Both the position numbers and the translations under genes were made by a program. DNA of 64,000 nt from a virus: positions 1 through 64,000 of IMG/VR virus record IMGVR_UViG_3300042898_001429. One strand, written 5' to 3'. The notes below the pieces were generated by a model. The model had not been told where the DNA came from. It worked only from the letters and a program-made list of their open reading frames with translations, and did no database searches. Shown here piece by piece: positions 54,876 through 63,851 of this stretch; the first letter of the stretch is position 1; each line of letters opens with the position of its first letter.

Positions 54876-55088
54876 CTAACTGCGTCGGTCTAACTCTTCC
54901 CAAATAGAATTGAGGATAGTGAGGGACTCAGAAACAAGGTCACTGCTTCCTTTGCGAAAACGCCACTCATCAAATTGGCTACAGAAGTTCATCAACGATG
55001 AGTCCATCCACCCAACAAGGGCATCAGTCTCCATCTTGGTTACACGGCTAGTTGCTTTTTCTTTAAGTTCTTTATTCCAGAAGCGCAT
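54876..55088 (-). CDS. Hypothetical protein
   Basis: Coupled ORF. Confidence 0.55.
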   Translation of the reverse strand: MRFWNKELKEKATSRVTKMETDALVGWMDSSLMNFCSQFDEWRFRKGSSDLVSESLTILNSIWEELDRRS

Positions 55089-55540
55089 TACCAGTTTCCA
55101 ATATCTGTGGGTCGTGTGTCCATAAACCTAGCACCAAGAACTCCGAGTTCAGCATCTTGCTCAGTCTTATATTTGACTTTTTTACAGATGCCTATTTGAA
55201 ATGATTTTTTAAATAAAGATAGTTGGATACCTTTCCCTGTGCGCCACGGGGAGTCAGTTTCTAACATAAAGCCAGAACCTACATAGAGCCTTTGAGTCTT
55301 TTCGTAGTCTCTGGTAATCCAATAGACAGGTCCAACACCTTGGACGCTGTTTGCGGTGTCTTTAAATATAAAGTATCCGAATAGGGCTATTCCAAGAAAA
55401 CCTGGGATAAAAGAAAAGATAGTGAGGGCTATAGATAGAATAAAACAAACTAAAGACCAGTATGAGGCTACTTTTTTAAAGTGAGAAAACAGACGGGTCA
55501 TTAATCTTTTTGTAGTTGTAATCACGAGTCCATGCCTCAA
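55088..55540 (-). CDS. Membrane protein (start uncertain)
   Basis: TM hairpin. Confidence 0.5.
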   Translation of the reverse strand: MRHGLVITTTKRLMTRLFSHFKKVASYWSLVCFILSIALTIFSFIPGFLGIALFGYFIFKDTANSVQGVGPVYWITRDYEKTQRLYVGSGFMLETDSPWRTGKGIQLSLFKKSFQIGICKKVKYKTEQDAELGVLGARFMDTRPTDIGNW

Positions 55541-55964
55541 TGGTTTGCCCTTTTGAATTTGTATTCAGAAAATCTAGATATACCGATGGGGGCATATCAG
55601 TGTATTCATAAATTTCTTGTGTTTTCTTTTTACCATTTTTGCGAGTTCCGCCAAATTGTACATACGCCGTACCAGTTAAGCCCGTCATTCTGTTAGGCAC
55701 AAAACGATGTTTAATAACACGAGTACTTAGTTCTGGACCTTGGTAGTAGTCAGGCTCTGGGATTGAGATAACTGTTTTAGTATCAAACAAAGAAGTATAT
55801 TCTTGGTTAGATTCTTCAATCTGCTCTTGAAATTGCTTACCTTTATCAGAAAAGCCACCACCTGTCAGCCATGACGGGGTAGGGCTATCTGTTTCAATGT
55901 CATTCCAATTCTTACGAAGACGTTCACGTCCTGCTGGTTGGATTCCTGCTGGTTTACGAGGCAT
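55476..55964 (-). CDS. KTSC-like domain protein
   Basis: V.F.....YEY..MP..VY..F...SKG..I. Confidence 0.55.
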   Translation of the reverse strand: MPRKPAGIQPAGRERLRKNWNDIETDSPTPSWLTGGGFSDKGKQFQEQIEESNQEYTSLFDTKTVISIPEPDYYQGPELSTRVIKHRFVPNRMTGLTGTAYVQFGGTRKNGKKKTQEIYEYTDMPPSVYLDFLNTNSKGQTIEAWTRDYNYKKINDPSVFSL

Positions 55965-55981
55965 CTGTTTAGCCTACCGTA

Positions 55982-56509
55982 TTATGCAGGCTTAGGAATT
56001 GCTCGCCATGCTGCTTCAAACTTTGCAGCATCTTTAGCCATCTCTGGAGAAAGTTCTACATGCAACCACTTGCCCCCAAAACTTCCAGCATTATCGTCCT
56101 TGGTAAATAATTTTACCCCTTTAGAATTTTCTCCTCTTGAGCACCTGAAGCCTCTTCCATAGCCAGGTTTCCCATCTTTGGCATCTTTGTCAAATGCGTA
56201 GTCGTGGATTTCTTCAATGCCAAGTTCTAACGTGTGTGCCAACAAGAAGTCCCACATAGCAACGCCAACCTTGCGGTCAGTGTAACCAAGGTCTATAGCG
56301 GCTCCAGTGGCATGAACAGACATCCACTTTTCCATTCCTGGGTCACCAATCTTCTTACCTTCGGTATGAGAATTTCGCATCAATCGGGCAACATAGATTC
56401 CCATATTGGTGGCTTTGTATCTCTTGGCACAAAGTTCGGCTAATTTTAAGGTTCCAGGCTGTGCCTTTTTTCCGTCAAAACTGGGGTAATAAGAGTATTT
56501 TCTGGTCAT
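55982..56509 (-). CDS. Endolysin, Zn peptidase of the M15/LAS type
   Basis: R, S.HATGAAID and WLHVE motifs. Confidence 0.7.
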   Translation of the reverse strand: MTRKYSYYPSFDGKKAQPGTLKLAELCAKRYKATNMGIYVARLMRNSHTEGKKIGDPGMEKWMSVHATGAAIDLGYTDRKVGVAMWDFLLAHTLELGIEEIHDYAFDKDAKDGKPGYGRGFRCSRGENSKGVKLFTKDDNAGSFGGKWLHVELSPEMAKDAAKFEAAWRAIPKPA

Positions 56510-56527
56510 GGTTATATTTTACCTTAA

Positions 56528-56815
56528 TTATTCCGTTGGTTTTGGGTATCTGTCTTTTACTTCTTTGATAACGGCTTTCCAAGCATCAAACCCTTGATGA
56601 TAGAGGATGTCCCATTGGTCATTTGTAGACGGATAGGCAAGTTGGCGTTGTTCTATATACTCAGTTTTTTGTAACTCAAAAGAAGAAGAAGCCCATTCAA
56701 TTAGCAAAGCGTCTTTTTCTTCTTCTGTGTGCTCAAATATTTCACCATTAGTGATGTATGTCATACCTGAAATTTGTTGTTTTAATTCTTCTAAGATTTG
56801 TTCTTTACTTTTCAT
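56528..56815 (-). CDS. Tail fibre assembly chaperone-like protein
   Basis: Y..QR..AYPS..DQ.D.LYH....W...I..VK..YPK. Confidence 0.7.
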   Translation of the reverse strand: MKSKEQILEELKQQISGMTYITNGEIFEHTEEEKDALLIEWASSSFELQKTEYIEQRQLAYPSTNDQWDILYHQGFDAWKAVIKEVKDRYPKPTE

Positions 56816-57744
56816 TTGTTGTACCCGTAAATAGTTATAGTTCCAGACATTGTTCCATTAGGAAAAGCGTTGGAAATACCCGAATAAAACCTAATACCAT
56901 CAAATGACGCTTCACTATCAATACGACCACTTACTTGCCTTACATTAAACCCGTCTGTGTTACCTGCATTAAACCTATTTTGTCTAAAACCGAGGAAAGA
57001 AGTTGGAAATCCAGAGACTTGAGGTCTATAAATATCCATGTAGGCATCAGCGCCCTGAAAAACATCGGACCAAATAACCCAACCTTCTTGTACCTGTCCT
57101 GCCGCCGATACTGTTACTGCACTACCGTTTGCGTAAGACCCTGACCATGCTAAAATTCCTTGTGCATAACTAAGAGAAGAGTTTGTTGTGCCACCAGACC
57201 TTAATGATGCACAAACTACACGACCAGCAAGACCCCCACTGGTTGTTTCAATAGAAACTCTATAGTTAGTAAACTGGCTTGTAAAAACATTGTCAAAGTT
57301 AACTGCTGTAACACCAACAAATTCAACCCTCTGTAATTTTGTTAGACCAGTATTAGTAGCCGAACCAGCAGTGGTGGCATAACCAGCAGTGGTTGCAGTA
57401 GTAGCCGAACCAGCGGTAGTGGCATTAGTGGCATTAGTGGCATTAGTGGCGCTACCAGCAGTGGTAGCGTACGTAGCAGTCCCAGCACTGCCAGCACTAC
57501 CAGCAGTAGTGGCATAAGCATTATCAGTCTGTACCCAAAAGACATTAGTCAGATTAGTGTCATCTGACGTTACTACTATCTGGTCACCAATAGTGGGGAC
57601 TATCCAAGGCGCTTTGCGCCCAATATAAGATAGGGCTACTTCTGAATCAATTCCTAAAATAGTAGGAATCTTGACACGGACTTCTCCTGTAGTGGCATTT
57701 GAGAAGGTAACAAGCGCCCTATGTATTGGGTGTGCGCTATGCAT
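56812..57744 (-). CDS. Baseplate spike (gpV/gp5 OB-fold) fused to a fibre stalk and head domain
   Basis: G.VRV.IP...VP.IGDQ.VV...FW OB signature; ATN/AGSA repeats; FDG.R....GT...YGY C-terminus. Confidence 0.65.
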   Translation of the reverse strand: MHSAHPIHRALVTFSNATTGEVRVKIPTILGIDSEVALSYIGRKAPWIVPTIGDQIVVTSDDTNLTNVFWVQTDNAYATTAGSAGSAGTATYATTAGSATNATNATNATTAGSATTATTAGYATTAGSATNTGLTKLQRVEFVGVTAVNFDNVFTSQFTNYRVSIETTSGGLAGRVVCASLRSGGTTNSSLSYAQGILAWSGSYANGSAVTVSAAGQVQEGWVIWSDVFQGADAYMDIYRPQVSGFPTSFLGFRQNRFNAGNTDGFNVRQVSGRIDSEASFDGIRFYSGISNAFPNGTMSGTITIYGYNK

Positions 57745-57878
57745 TATTCTTCTGAGATAGGGCTATCTGATGCATTTGACATCTTTTGCAATGCGGCTTT
57801 ATAAGCAATATTTTCAAGGGTAAGGCGCTTTACTTCTTCAAGTAGGCCATTGATAAGGTCATCAGTTTGTAGTTCCAT
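57744..57878 (-). CDS. 44-aa coiled-coil protein (not in ORF track)
   Basis: AAGGAG RBS; MELQTDDLINGLLEEVKRLTLENIAYKAAL... Confidence 0.6.
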   Translation of the reverse strand: MELQTDDLINGLLEEVKRLTLENIAYKAALQKMSNASDSPISEE

Positions 57879-57915
57879 TTAAGGCTCCTTTGTTATGTGG
57901 TGAGTGTAGCAGGTG

Positions 57916-58050
57916 TTATTCGGCTGGTCGTACCAGTGGTGCAGGTGGTTCTTCTTCGTGTTCCCACAGGATTAGTTCATCGCCAGCGACAGCCCACCCA
58001 TCCTCAAAACCAGCATCTTTTAGTAATTGGCAAACTTCTTCGTGGCTCAT
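57916..58050 (-). CDS. 44-aa fibre-associated protein (not in ORF track)
   Basis: MSHEEVCQLLKDAGFEDGWAVAGDELILWEHEEEPPAPL; ATGA coupled. Confidence 0.6.
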   Translation of the reverse strand: MSHEEVCQLLKDAGFEDGWAVAGDELILWEHEEEPPAPLVRPAE

Positions 58051-58631
58051 CCCGCAATCTCCATTAATGTAATTTGAGAAAGAATATTTGACTGCTGAAC
58101 AACAACTCCTGCTCCGCCTGCGTTATTTGCAAATACGGTTTTGTATGTTAAAGCAGAGGTGCTGGATGGGGAATCAAGATAGTTAGAAGAAATAGAAAAA
58201 TACATCTGCATTGCGGTATTTGTAAAACCAACATAAAGAATATTTTGTAAAATGTTTACACCATTTCTATGTATTTGCATCAAGATGCCGTTACCTGCAC
58301 TATCTGCGCTTTTCCAACTATTGGGATGACTTATCAAAATTAGAATTTTACTTGATGTTGATTTGGGGGTAATTGTTGCTGACAACCCTGTGTCTACATA
58401 AGTGCTTGAGTTGTTGGTTGTTGTAGTTGAATTTGTCCCAACTACGGTTTGCAACACAGTGCCGTTGGTTGGAGTGGTAGCCGAAATATACCGCCATGCT
58501 GTGCCATTCCAAACACCAAGCATGTCTGTGTCGGTTTCGTAAATCATTTGACCCTCATACGGGGCTGTAGGGCGACTTGAAGATAGACATACGCCAGGGC
58601 GTAACCCAGTTGAATTATTACTAATAGACAT
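58047..58631 (-). CDS. Short tail fibre / receptor-binding protein
   Basis: RP.APYEGQMIYETDT...WNG.AW; G.VLQ.V, DTGLSATITP.S.SSKIL, DSP.STSA.TYK, ITLMEI. Confidence 0.75.
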   Translation of the reverse strand: MSISNNSTGLRPGVCLSSSRPTAPYEGQMIYETDTDMLGVWNGTAWRYISATTPTNGTVLQTVVGTNSTTTTNNSSTYVDTGLSATITPKSTSSKILILISHPNSWKSADSAGNGILMQIHRNGVNILQNILYVGFTNTAMQMYFSISSNYLDSPSSTSALTYKTVFANNAGGAGVVVQQSNILSQITLMEIAG

Positions 58632-58633
58632 TA

Positions 58634-59341
58634 TTAACCAATCCTCACTGGTGTTATATATAAACGCCTATTCCAAAAATACGCTGTGGTTCCAGCATTA
58701 GAAACTGCGTATTGAAGTTTGATTGTTGAACCAGAAGCAAGAGAAGTTCTACGGATAGTGGCTACATGGTTCCCATTTATTTGCCCACCTCCATAAACTT
58801 GTGAATCTCCCAAATCCCAACCAAGCGATGTTGAATCTCCAGTCACCCAAATACGAGCATTGGTAGAAGTATTTGTTGTCTCGGCAATAAAATTATATGT
58901 GCAGTCCCAATCCCCTGCAAACGGAGTTACAAAAGACGGACCAACAGTTGAAAGGTCCGCAAAGGTTAATGATGTCGTAGTTTGGCGTGTACCAAAATAA
59001 TTATTAGGACCAACATAAGAGAAGTTTGGTGGACCACCAATAAATTCCCATTTGTATGCAGACGTAGAAGCAGAACGATAACGGAAACGCCACACTACAC
59101 CATTCGTTGAGTCAGCAACATAATCAATAATCTGACCATCAACAGGGCTAGAAGGAAGAGACGTTACGAGTGTTGATGTTCCTGGCATTACCCATGCTGA
59201 ACCGTTGTAGACAAGAACACGGTCAGTGTCTTTTTCGTACAACATTTGACCTTCAAAAGGTGATGCAGGTCGTGTAGCAGCCGAATCAACCACCCCTGGT
59301 TTGATTAGCGATGAACTACCGATTTGACTTGTGATAGGCAT
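58634..59341 (-). CDS. Short tail fibre / receptor-binding protein
   Basis: Same N-terminal module as 58047..58631; LPSSP.DGQ. Confidence 0.75.
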   Translation of the reverse strand: MPITSQIGSSSLIKPGVVDSAATRPASPFEGQMLYEKDTDRVLVYNGSAWVMPGTSTLVTSLPSSPVDGQIIDYVADSTNGVVWRFRYRSASTSAYKWEFIGGPPNFSYVGPNNYFGTRQTTTSLTFADLSTVGPSFVTPFAGDWDCTYNFIAETTNTSTNARIWVTGDSTSLGWDLGDSQVYGGGQINGNHVATIRRTSLASGSTIKLQYAVSNAGTTAYFWNRRLYITPVRIG

Positions 59342-59499
59342 TAGTTCCCCTCCCGTTCTTCTGCCGTGTTACCTTCAGCAACCCATATGAGATACGCCTG
59401 ATAGTCCGTGTTGGCAGGGTCGTTCGGAATCATCGCAGAATCAGAAATTCTAAAAATTGATTTATTTTTGCTATATGGGTTTGAAATAAGTTTATACAT
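59341..59499 (-). CDS. Fibre chaperone (IP.DPAN.DY..YL.W...GN), not in ORF track
   Basis: 52 aa, TAATG coupled on both sides; paralogue of 61452..61670. Confidence 0.75.
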   Translation of the reverse strand: MYKLISNPYSKNKSIFRISDSAMIPNDPANTDYQAYLIWVAEGNTAEEREGN

Positions 59500-60614
59500 T
59501 ACAATTCCGCCGATGCAGCCCAGTGTCCCCTAATACTGACCGCCACATAATTAGCCCCAACTCCGAAAAACATCATTCCTCCACTTGCACCAGCCCAATC
59601 GCCAGTCCAGTTGTAAGAAGAGTTTGTATCTCCTACGCCACTTCTGTTGTAGGTAAAATTATTAGCAACACCAGCAGTTGACCAAACATTTAAAGTGGGA
59701 GTTACTCTTTTGAGCACTTTAAACTGTATGTGAACAAGTGCATTGCCATACAAGTCGCTAACGGTTCCGACAAAAAGACTTCCAGGATTAGACGAAGCCC
59801 CAGGAGCAACATCGTAATTATAAGATTTTTCGTAGTACCGTTGGCACAGGGCTAGTTCTACACCGATAGGGCGTTGTTCAAACGGGGTTGGCTGGTAGTT
59901 CTGTTCCAACTGCACACCAGTCAAATAAAAAGTTGAGTTTGCAATGGTAGCCAAGTTGACCGAATCGCTAGTTGCGTAATGGTAAGAACTCAATGCCCCC
60001 CATGAATCCAAGTTAGTATTTCCAATACGGTCAGCGTGAGAACCAAGCGAGAAGGACATACTTAACCCAGCACCTGTTGCTTTTTCCCAAACACCACTGG
60101 ACACAGCCGTTGCCATATCTATCGTTATGGTTTTGTATTCCCAAGTGTTTGCCGAGTTGATTGTGTATGTTTTTAATAGGCTTCTAGTAGAAGCACCATT
60201 GGTAAACCAGATACTATATTTTCCTGCTGTTGACGACCTAACCCAAAAAGACAAAGAACATGTTTTCCCATAAAGGGCAGAAGCATTATATCCTTCTATA
60301 GTTTGATTAACGAATTGGTTTCCACCAGAAGAAAATGTTAAAGGCGTGGCACCGTTAGCCCATTTGTAAGCATTGGTAAATCCAGTTGGGACAACCGTTG
60401 TTTCATTGCTGACAGTTGGATTTGTACCTGCTGACCATGTGTAGTCTTGGGTTCTCCACCTATCTGCACCGTAATAGTATGTACCACCACCAGTACCAAA
60501 AGAAAACGAAGTACCCCGTTGTGCAACTTTCATATCTCCATTGGTGATTACATTACGAAATCCCAACCCCGCTGGGAGTAGCGCAGAAGAACCGAGAGCA
60601 GAAGAAATAGGCAT
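59499..60614 (-). CDS. Tail fibre with a carbohydrate-binding-like jelly-roll domain
   Basis: FRN.I.NGDM.VAQRGTS, DRW, TGVQLE...TPFEQRP...EL.LCQRYY. Confidence 0.8.
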   Translation of the reverse strand: MPISSALGSSALLPAGLGFRNVITNGDMKVAQRGTSFSFGTGGGTYYYGADRWRTQDYTWSAGTNPTVSNETTVVPTGFTNAYKWANGATPLTFSSGGNQFVNQTIEGYNASALYGKTCSLSFWVRSSTAGKYSIWFTNGASTRSLLKTYTINSANTWEYKTITIDMATAVSSGVWEKATGAGLSMSFSLGSHADRIGNTNLDSWGALSSYHYATSDSVNLATIANSTFYLTGVQLEQNYQPTPFEQRPIGVELALCQRYYEKSYNYDVAPGASSNPGSLFVGTVSDLYGNALVHIQFKVLKRVTPTLNVWSTAGVANNFTYNRSGVGDTNSSYNWTGDWAGASGGMMFFGVGANYVAVSIRGHWAASAEL

Positions 60615-60964
60615 TAGGCTGTTTGTTTCGTCCATCCAACGACAGTCACATTGACCTTTGCGCCAGTATCTGATAATCCCTGAATAGTCTCTCCAGCATT
60701 CAGGACAATACCCGTATCCAAGATGATTGTGTCAAATCCAGCAATAGGAAGAAGAGAGACAAAACGATTAGCAAGAGTAGCGGCTGAACCAATCGCCAGA
60801 GAAAGAACACGGTCTTGGGTGTCTGTATTGCACATGATTACTTGCTTGACAATATACTGGTATCCAGAGGGAACTGTGGCAACAACAGTTGTAGTGGTTC
60901 CCAATTGAGTACTCGCCACACCTGAGTCATTTAGTCTTGCTTCGTTGCGGTCACCGACAGCCAT
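60614..60964 (-). CDS. Small virion structural protein (fibre adaptor family)
   Basis: Paralogous to the N-termini of 60964..61452 and 62766..63851. Confidence 0.65.
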   Translation of the reverse strand: MAVGDRNEARLNDSGVASTQLGTTTTVVATVPSGYQYIVKQVIMCNTDTQDRVLSLAIGSAATLANRFVSLLPIAGFDTIILDTGIVLNAGETIQGLSDTGAKVNVTVVGWTKQTA

Positions 60965-61452
60965 TACATCATCTCCATTAACATTATTGCACCTGCTTGG
61001 TTATTAGACAAAAAGGCGTTAGGTCCTAGTTTTGCGGCGGTTATATTACTATCTGCAATTTTAGCAGTAGTTACAGCGGAATCCGCTAACCCTGAAACTA
61101 CCATACCGCCAGCGTTCTCTACGCCTGAGATGGTTACGTTAATAGTAGAACTAGCGCTAGACTTGGCTGAGATAAAATCACCCGAAGTCATTACCTGTGA
61201 TACATCCAATAATACTGTTTCATTAGCCGCTAATGACAAAGAGTTAAATAAACGGTTGGCTGTGCCAGCAGTTTGTGTAACGGGTACCAAAGAGATGCTA
61301 ATAGTGGCAGTTGCAGAAGCGCTTGTGTTGGTTACTACAAACTGTTTAATCATTGTTGTAGTGGTTTGGGCGGTAGGGCACGTATACAGGTTTGTCTCAG
61401 TGTTAGCCGTAAGGACGGCTGGTCCTGATAGTCGTTTTTCTGTAAAAGCCAT
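60964..61452 (-). CDS. Virion structural protein (adaptor domain + AVTTAKIAD repeats)
   Basis: LYT.P....IKQ..VTN; D.AVT.AKIAD repeats. Confidence 0.65.
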   Translation of the reverse strand: MAFTEKRLSGPAVLTANTETNLYTCPTAQTTTTMIKQFVVTNTSASATATISISLVPVTQTAGTANRLFNSLSLAANETVLLDVSQVMTSGDFISAKSSASSTINVTISGVENAGGMVVSGLADSAVTTAKIADSNITAAKLGPNAFLSNNQAGAIMLMEMM

Positions 61453-61670
61453 TACTGTTCCTCGCTCGCAAATCGTTCTTCATATGGTTCAGGCGTGTTG
61501 CCTTCTGCAAGCCACAACTCATACTCAACAAAATCAGCATTTGCAGGGTCGGGTGGAATAGAAGAAACTGTACCGTCATCGTTTATTCGTTCAATGTAAC
61601 GAGCAAGTGCTGGGATATTAGGTGGACACCACGGATACTGTGTCAAATCGCCTTCAATATATGTAGCCAT
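61452..61670 (-). CDS. Fibre chaperone
   Basis: IPPDPANADF..Y..WLAEGNTP. Confidence 0.75.
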   Translation of the reverse strand: MATYIEGDLTQYPWCPPNIPALARYIERINDDGTVSSIPPDPANADFVEYELWLAEGNTPEPYEERFASEEQ

Positions 61671-61671
61671 T

Positions 61672-62766
61672 TTATAACTCCGCCGTTTGTGTTGAACTGA
61701 TAAAGAAACTTAAAGCATGGTACCCACCACTAGCAGCAGCAAACGCAAAATAAGCACCATCGTTGTGGGCAACATAATAAGCAGAAGACCCCGCAGACAA
61801 GTTGGCTGTTCCTGGAGTTCTCCACTGAACGCTAGATAAAGTTACAGTGGGGGCTGCTCTAAATGGCACACGCATGTTTTGTGCGCCGTAGTAATAGTTT
61901 GCTGGTGCATAACCAATAGCAACTGGCATTTCTTGGTACTGTCCGTAAGGGTAGTTCTGGTAGTACCTCATACATAAGTGTAGTTCTATGCCAATAGGTC
62001 GTTGTTCAAATGGTGTCACTTGTGAACCTGCCTCAATTTGCACACCTGTAATATCCACATAGTCATTAGTGCTGGCAGTACCAGTTGGACTAACAGTAAA
62101 AAACAAACCAGCCTGTGTAGTACCAGCAGGAACGGTTACATACAAAACAAAACGCTGCCAATTAGTTGTGGGAGTTACCTGTTGGGATAAAGGTTCAGTG
62201 TAACTAGTCCAACCACCTGACCAAATAACATCTCGTTCTGTACCTGTACCTACTCCCATACGGGCAAGAATAGTTGAACCAGTAAAGTTGCTACCAACCC
62301 TAGCGTAAAAAGAAACCACAACAGGCAAACCAGCAACTTTGCTGATGGCACTTGTTTCAAAAGATTGACTTAAATAAATAGGATTTGTTGCTGTGTTACC
62401 TGAGTTGCGTTGAAGCCTAATAGCATTTTGAAAACCACTCAATCCAGAAGCAATTTGTGATTGTGTAGAACCAGCAACAGCACGGTATGTAGCCCAACGG
62501 TCAGCCTGGTATGCAGCACTACTAGATGCGCTTTGTATTGCGACTGATGTTCCTCTTTGCCAAATATCAAATCCACCGTTTATTACTATATTACGGAACC
62601 CGCTTAATGGGATATCTGTACTTAGTTTTGCTTGAGTAACTGCATTAGCGGCGATATCGGCAGTGCCAACTGCTCCATCAGCAATATCTACAGTCTGAAT
62701 AGAGCCATCAACATAAGTTGATTCTCCAGTAGTACCTAATTGAGAGACTCTACGAATACCAGTCAT
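61672..62766 (-). CDS. Tail fibre with a carbohydrate-binding-like domain
   Basis: Paralogue of 59499..60614 (RN..INGGFDIWQRGTS; TPFEQRPIG.EL.LC.RYY). Confidence 0.8.
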   Translation of the reverse strand: MTGIRRVSQLGTTGESTYVDGSIQTVDIADGAVGTADIAANAVTQAKLSTDIPLSGFRNIVINGGFDIWQRGTSVAIQSASSSAAYQADRWATYRAVAGSTQSQIASGLSGFQNAIRLQRNSGNTATNPIYLSQSFETSAISKVAGLPVVVSFYARVGSNFTGSTILARMGVGTGTERDVIWSGGWTSYTEPLSQQVTPTTNWQRFVLYVTVPAGTTQAGLFFTVSPTGTASTNDYVDITGVQIEAGSQVTPFEQRPIGIELHLCMRYYQNYPYGQYQEMPVAIGYAPANYYYGAQNMRVPFRAAPTVTLSSVQWRTPGTANLSAGSSAYYVAHNDGAYFAFAAASGGYHALSFFISSTQTAEL

Positions 62767-63851
62767 TATGCGACCCTTGCTCCAGAAAAGTTATTGTATG
62801 TTAAGCCTGCGCTGTAAGTCCCCGTAGCAGGAACAGAAAACAAACATTTAACTGTATCCCCAACTGCCAATTTTGTAATTAAAGACACTTCAACATAATG
62901 GTCAATACCGCCACTTGCAGGATGAACACTACCAAAATATGTATTGGCATAAGAACCTGTCGTCACGATACAACCCCTCATAATTCCTGATGTTCCGATG
63001 CTGTAAGCGTTTGTGTGTGCAGTAAAACTATAAGTGCCTGCTTGACCCGCTGGAACAGTAAAAACACCACTTACTACATTGTTTGTATCGTCATATATCT
63101 CGGCGTTGTATGCAATTGTTGCCCCATTTGTTGCGGTACCGTTTCCCCCAGAAAGATAAACAAGAAAGTTAGGAACAGCACCAGTACTAATGTTTGATAC
63201 TGCTGTAGTGACAAATGCTGTCGTAGCGATTTGGGTATTGTTTGTAGTGGAGTTAGCAGTAGGTGCTAGTGGAACACCAGTCAGTGATACATTGCTTTTA
63301 ATTGCCGTGACGCCAGTATCAGAGATTGTTACATCTCCCGTTTCGGCAACAGCAGTAGGAACTCCCGATGAGTTGTAGACAATAACATTTCCAGCAGTAC
63401 TTGTCGCAAGTTTTGACAACTCAATCGCAGCCGATGCGTTGATGTCTGCATTGACAATTGCTCCATCAGCAATCTTGGCTGAAGTAATAGCATTGTCAGC
63501 AATGTAGGTAGCCGTAGATGCAAGAGGACCATCGTTAAGGACGCCTGAGACTGTCAGGTTGAGCGCCGAGCCTGTAGAAGCCAGCGCCCTGAGAATTTCA
63601 CCAGTTGTAACTACCTGAGACAAGTTAATAATCACCGTGTCGTTAGCCGCTACTGACGTACCACTAAATAGGGCATTCCCAGCAGAAGCCGCACCGATGT
63701 AGAAGGTAAAGGTAGCCGCAGTTCCTGTAATGTTCGTTACGACTAATTGTTTAATAATTGCCGAGTACCCAGTTGGAACTGTGTACAGCGCACTAGCCGC
63801 TGATGTTGTCAGCGTTGTAGGGGAAATGAAGCGTGTCTCTACGAATGGCAT
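62766..63851 (-). CDS. Tail fibre with a C1q-like C-terminal domain
   Basis: TG.P.APTA...NNTQIATTAFV repeat; G.FTVP..AG.Y.F, L..GDTV, FSG. Confidence 0.75.
   Translation of the reverse strand: MPFVETRFISPTTLTTSAASALYTVPTGYSAIIKQLVVTNITGTAATFTFYIGAASAGNALFSGTSVAANDTVIINLSQVVTTGEILRALASTGSALNLTVSGVLNDGPLASTATYIADNAITSAKIADGAIVNADINASAAIELSKLATSTAGNVIVYNSSGVPTAVAETGDVTISDTGVTAIKSNVSLTGVPLAPTANSTTNNTQIATTAFVTTAVSNISTGAVPNFLVYLSGGNGTATNGATIAYNAEIYDDTNNVVSGVFTVPAGQAGTYSFTAHTNAYSIGTSGIMRGCIVTTGSYANTYFGSVHPASGGIDHYVEVSLITKLAVGDTVKCLFSVPATGTYSAGLTYNNFSGARVA

Noticed and set aside
56540-56546. Second in-frame C CCA AAA heptamer near the end of 56528..56815
   Set aside because: It encodes the family's conserved YPK, has no evident downstream stem, and the -1 frame is short and runs out of frame into the endolysin gene.
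58047-63851. Diversity-generating retroelement acting on fibre genes
   Set aside because: No reverse transcriptase in the window and no adenine-specific TR/VR pair seen; the similarities are ordinary paralogy.
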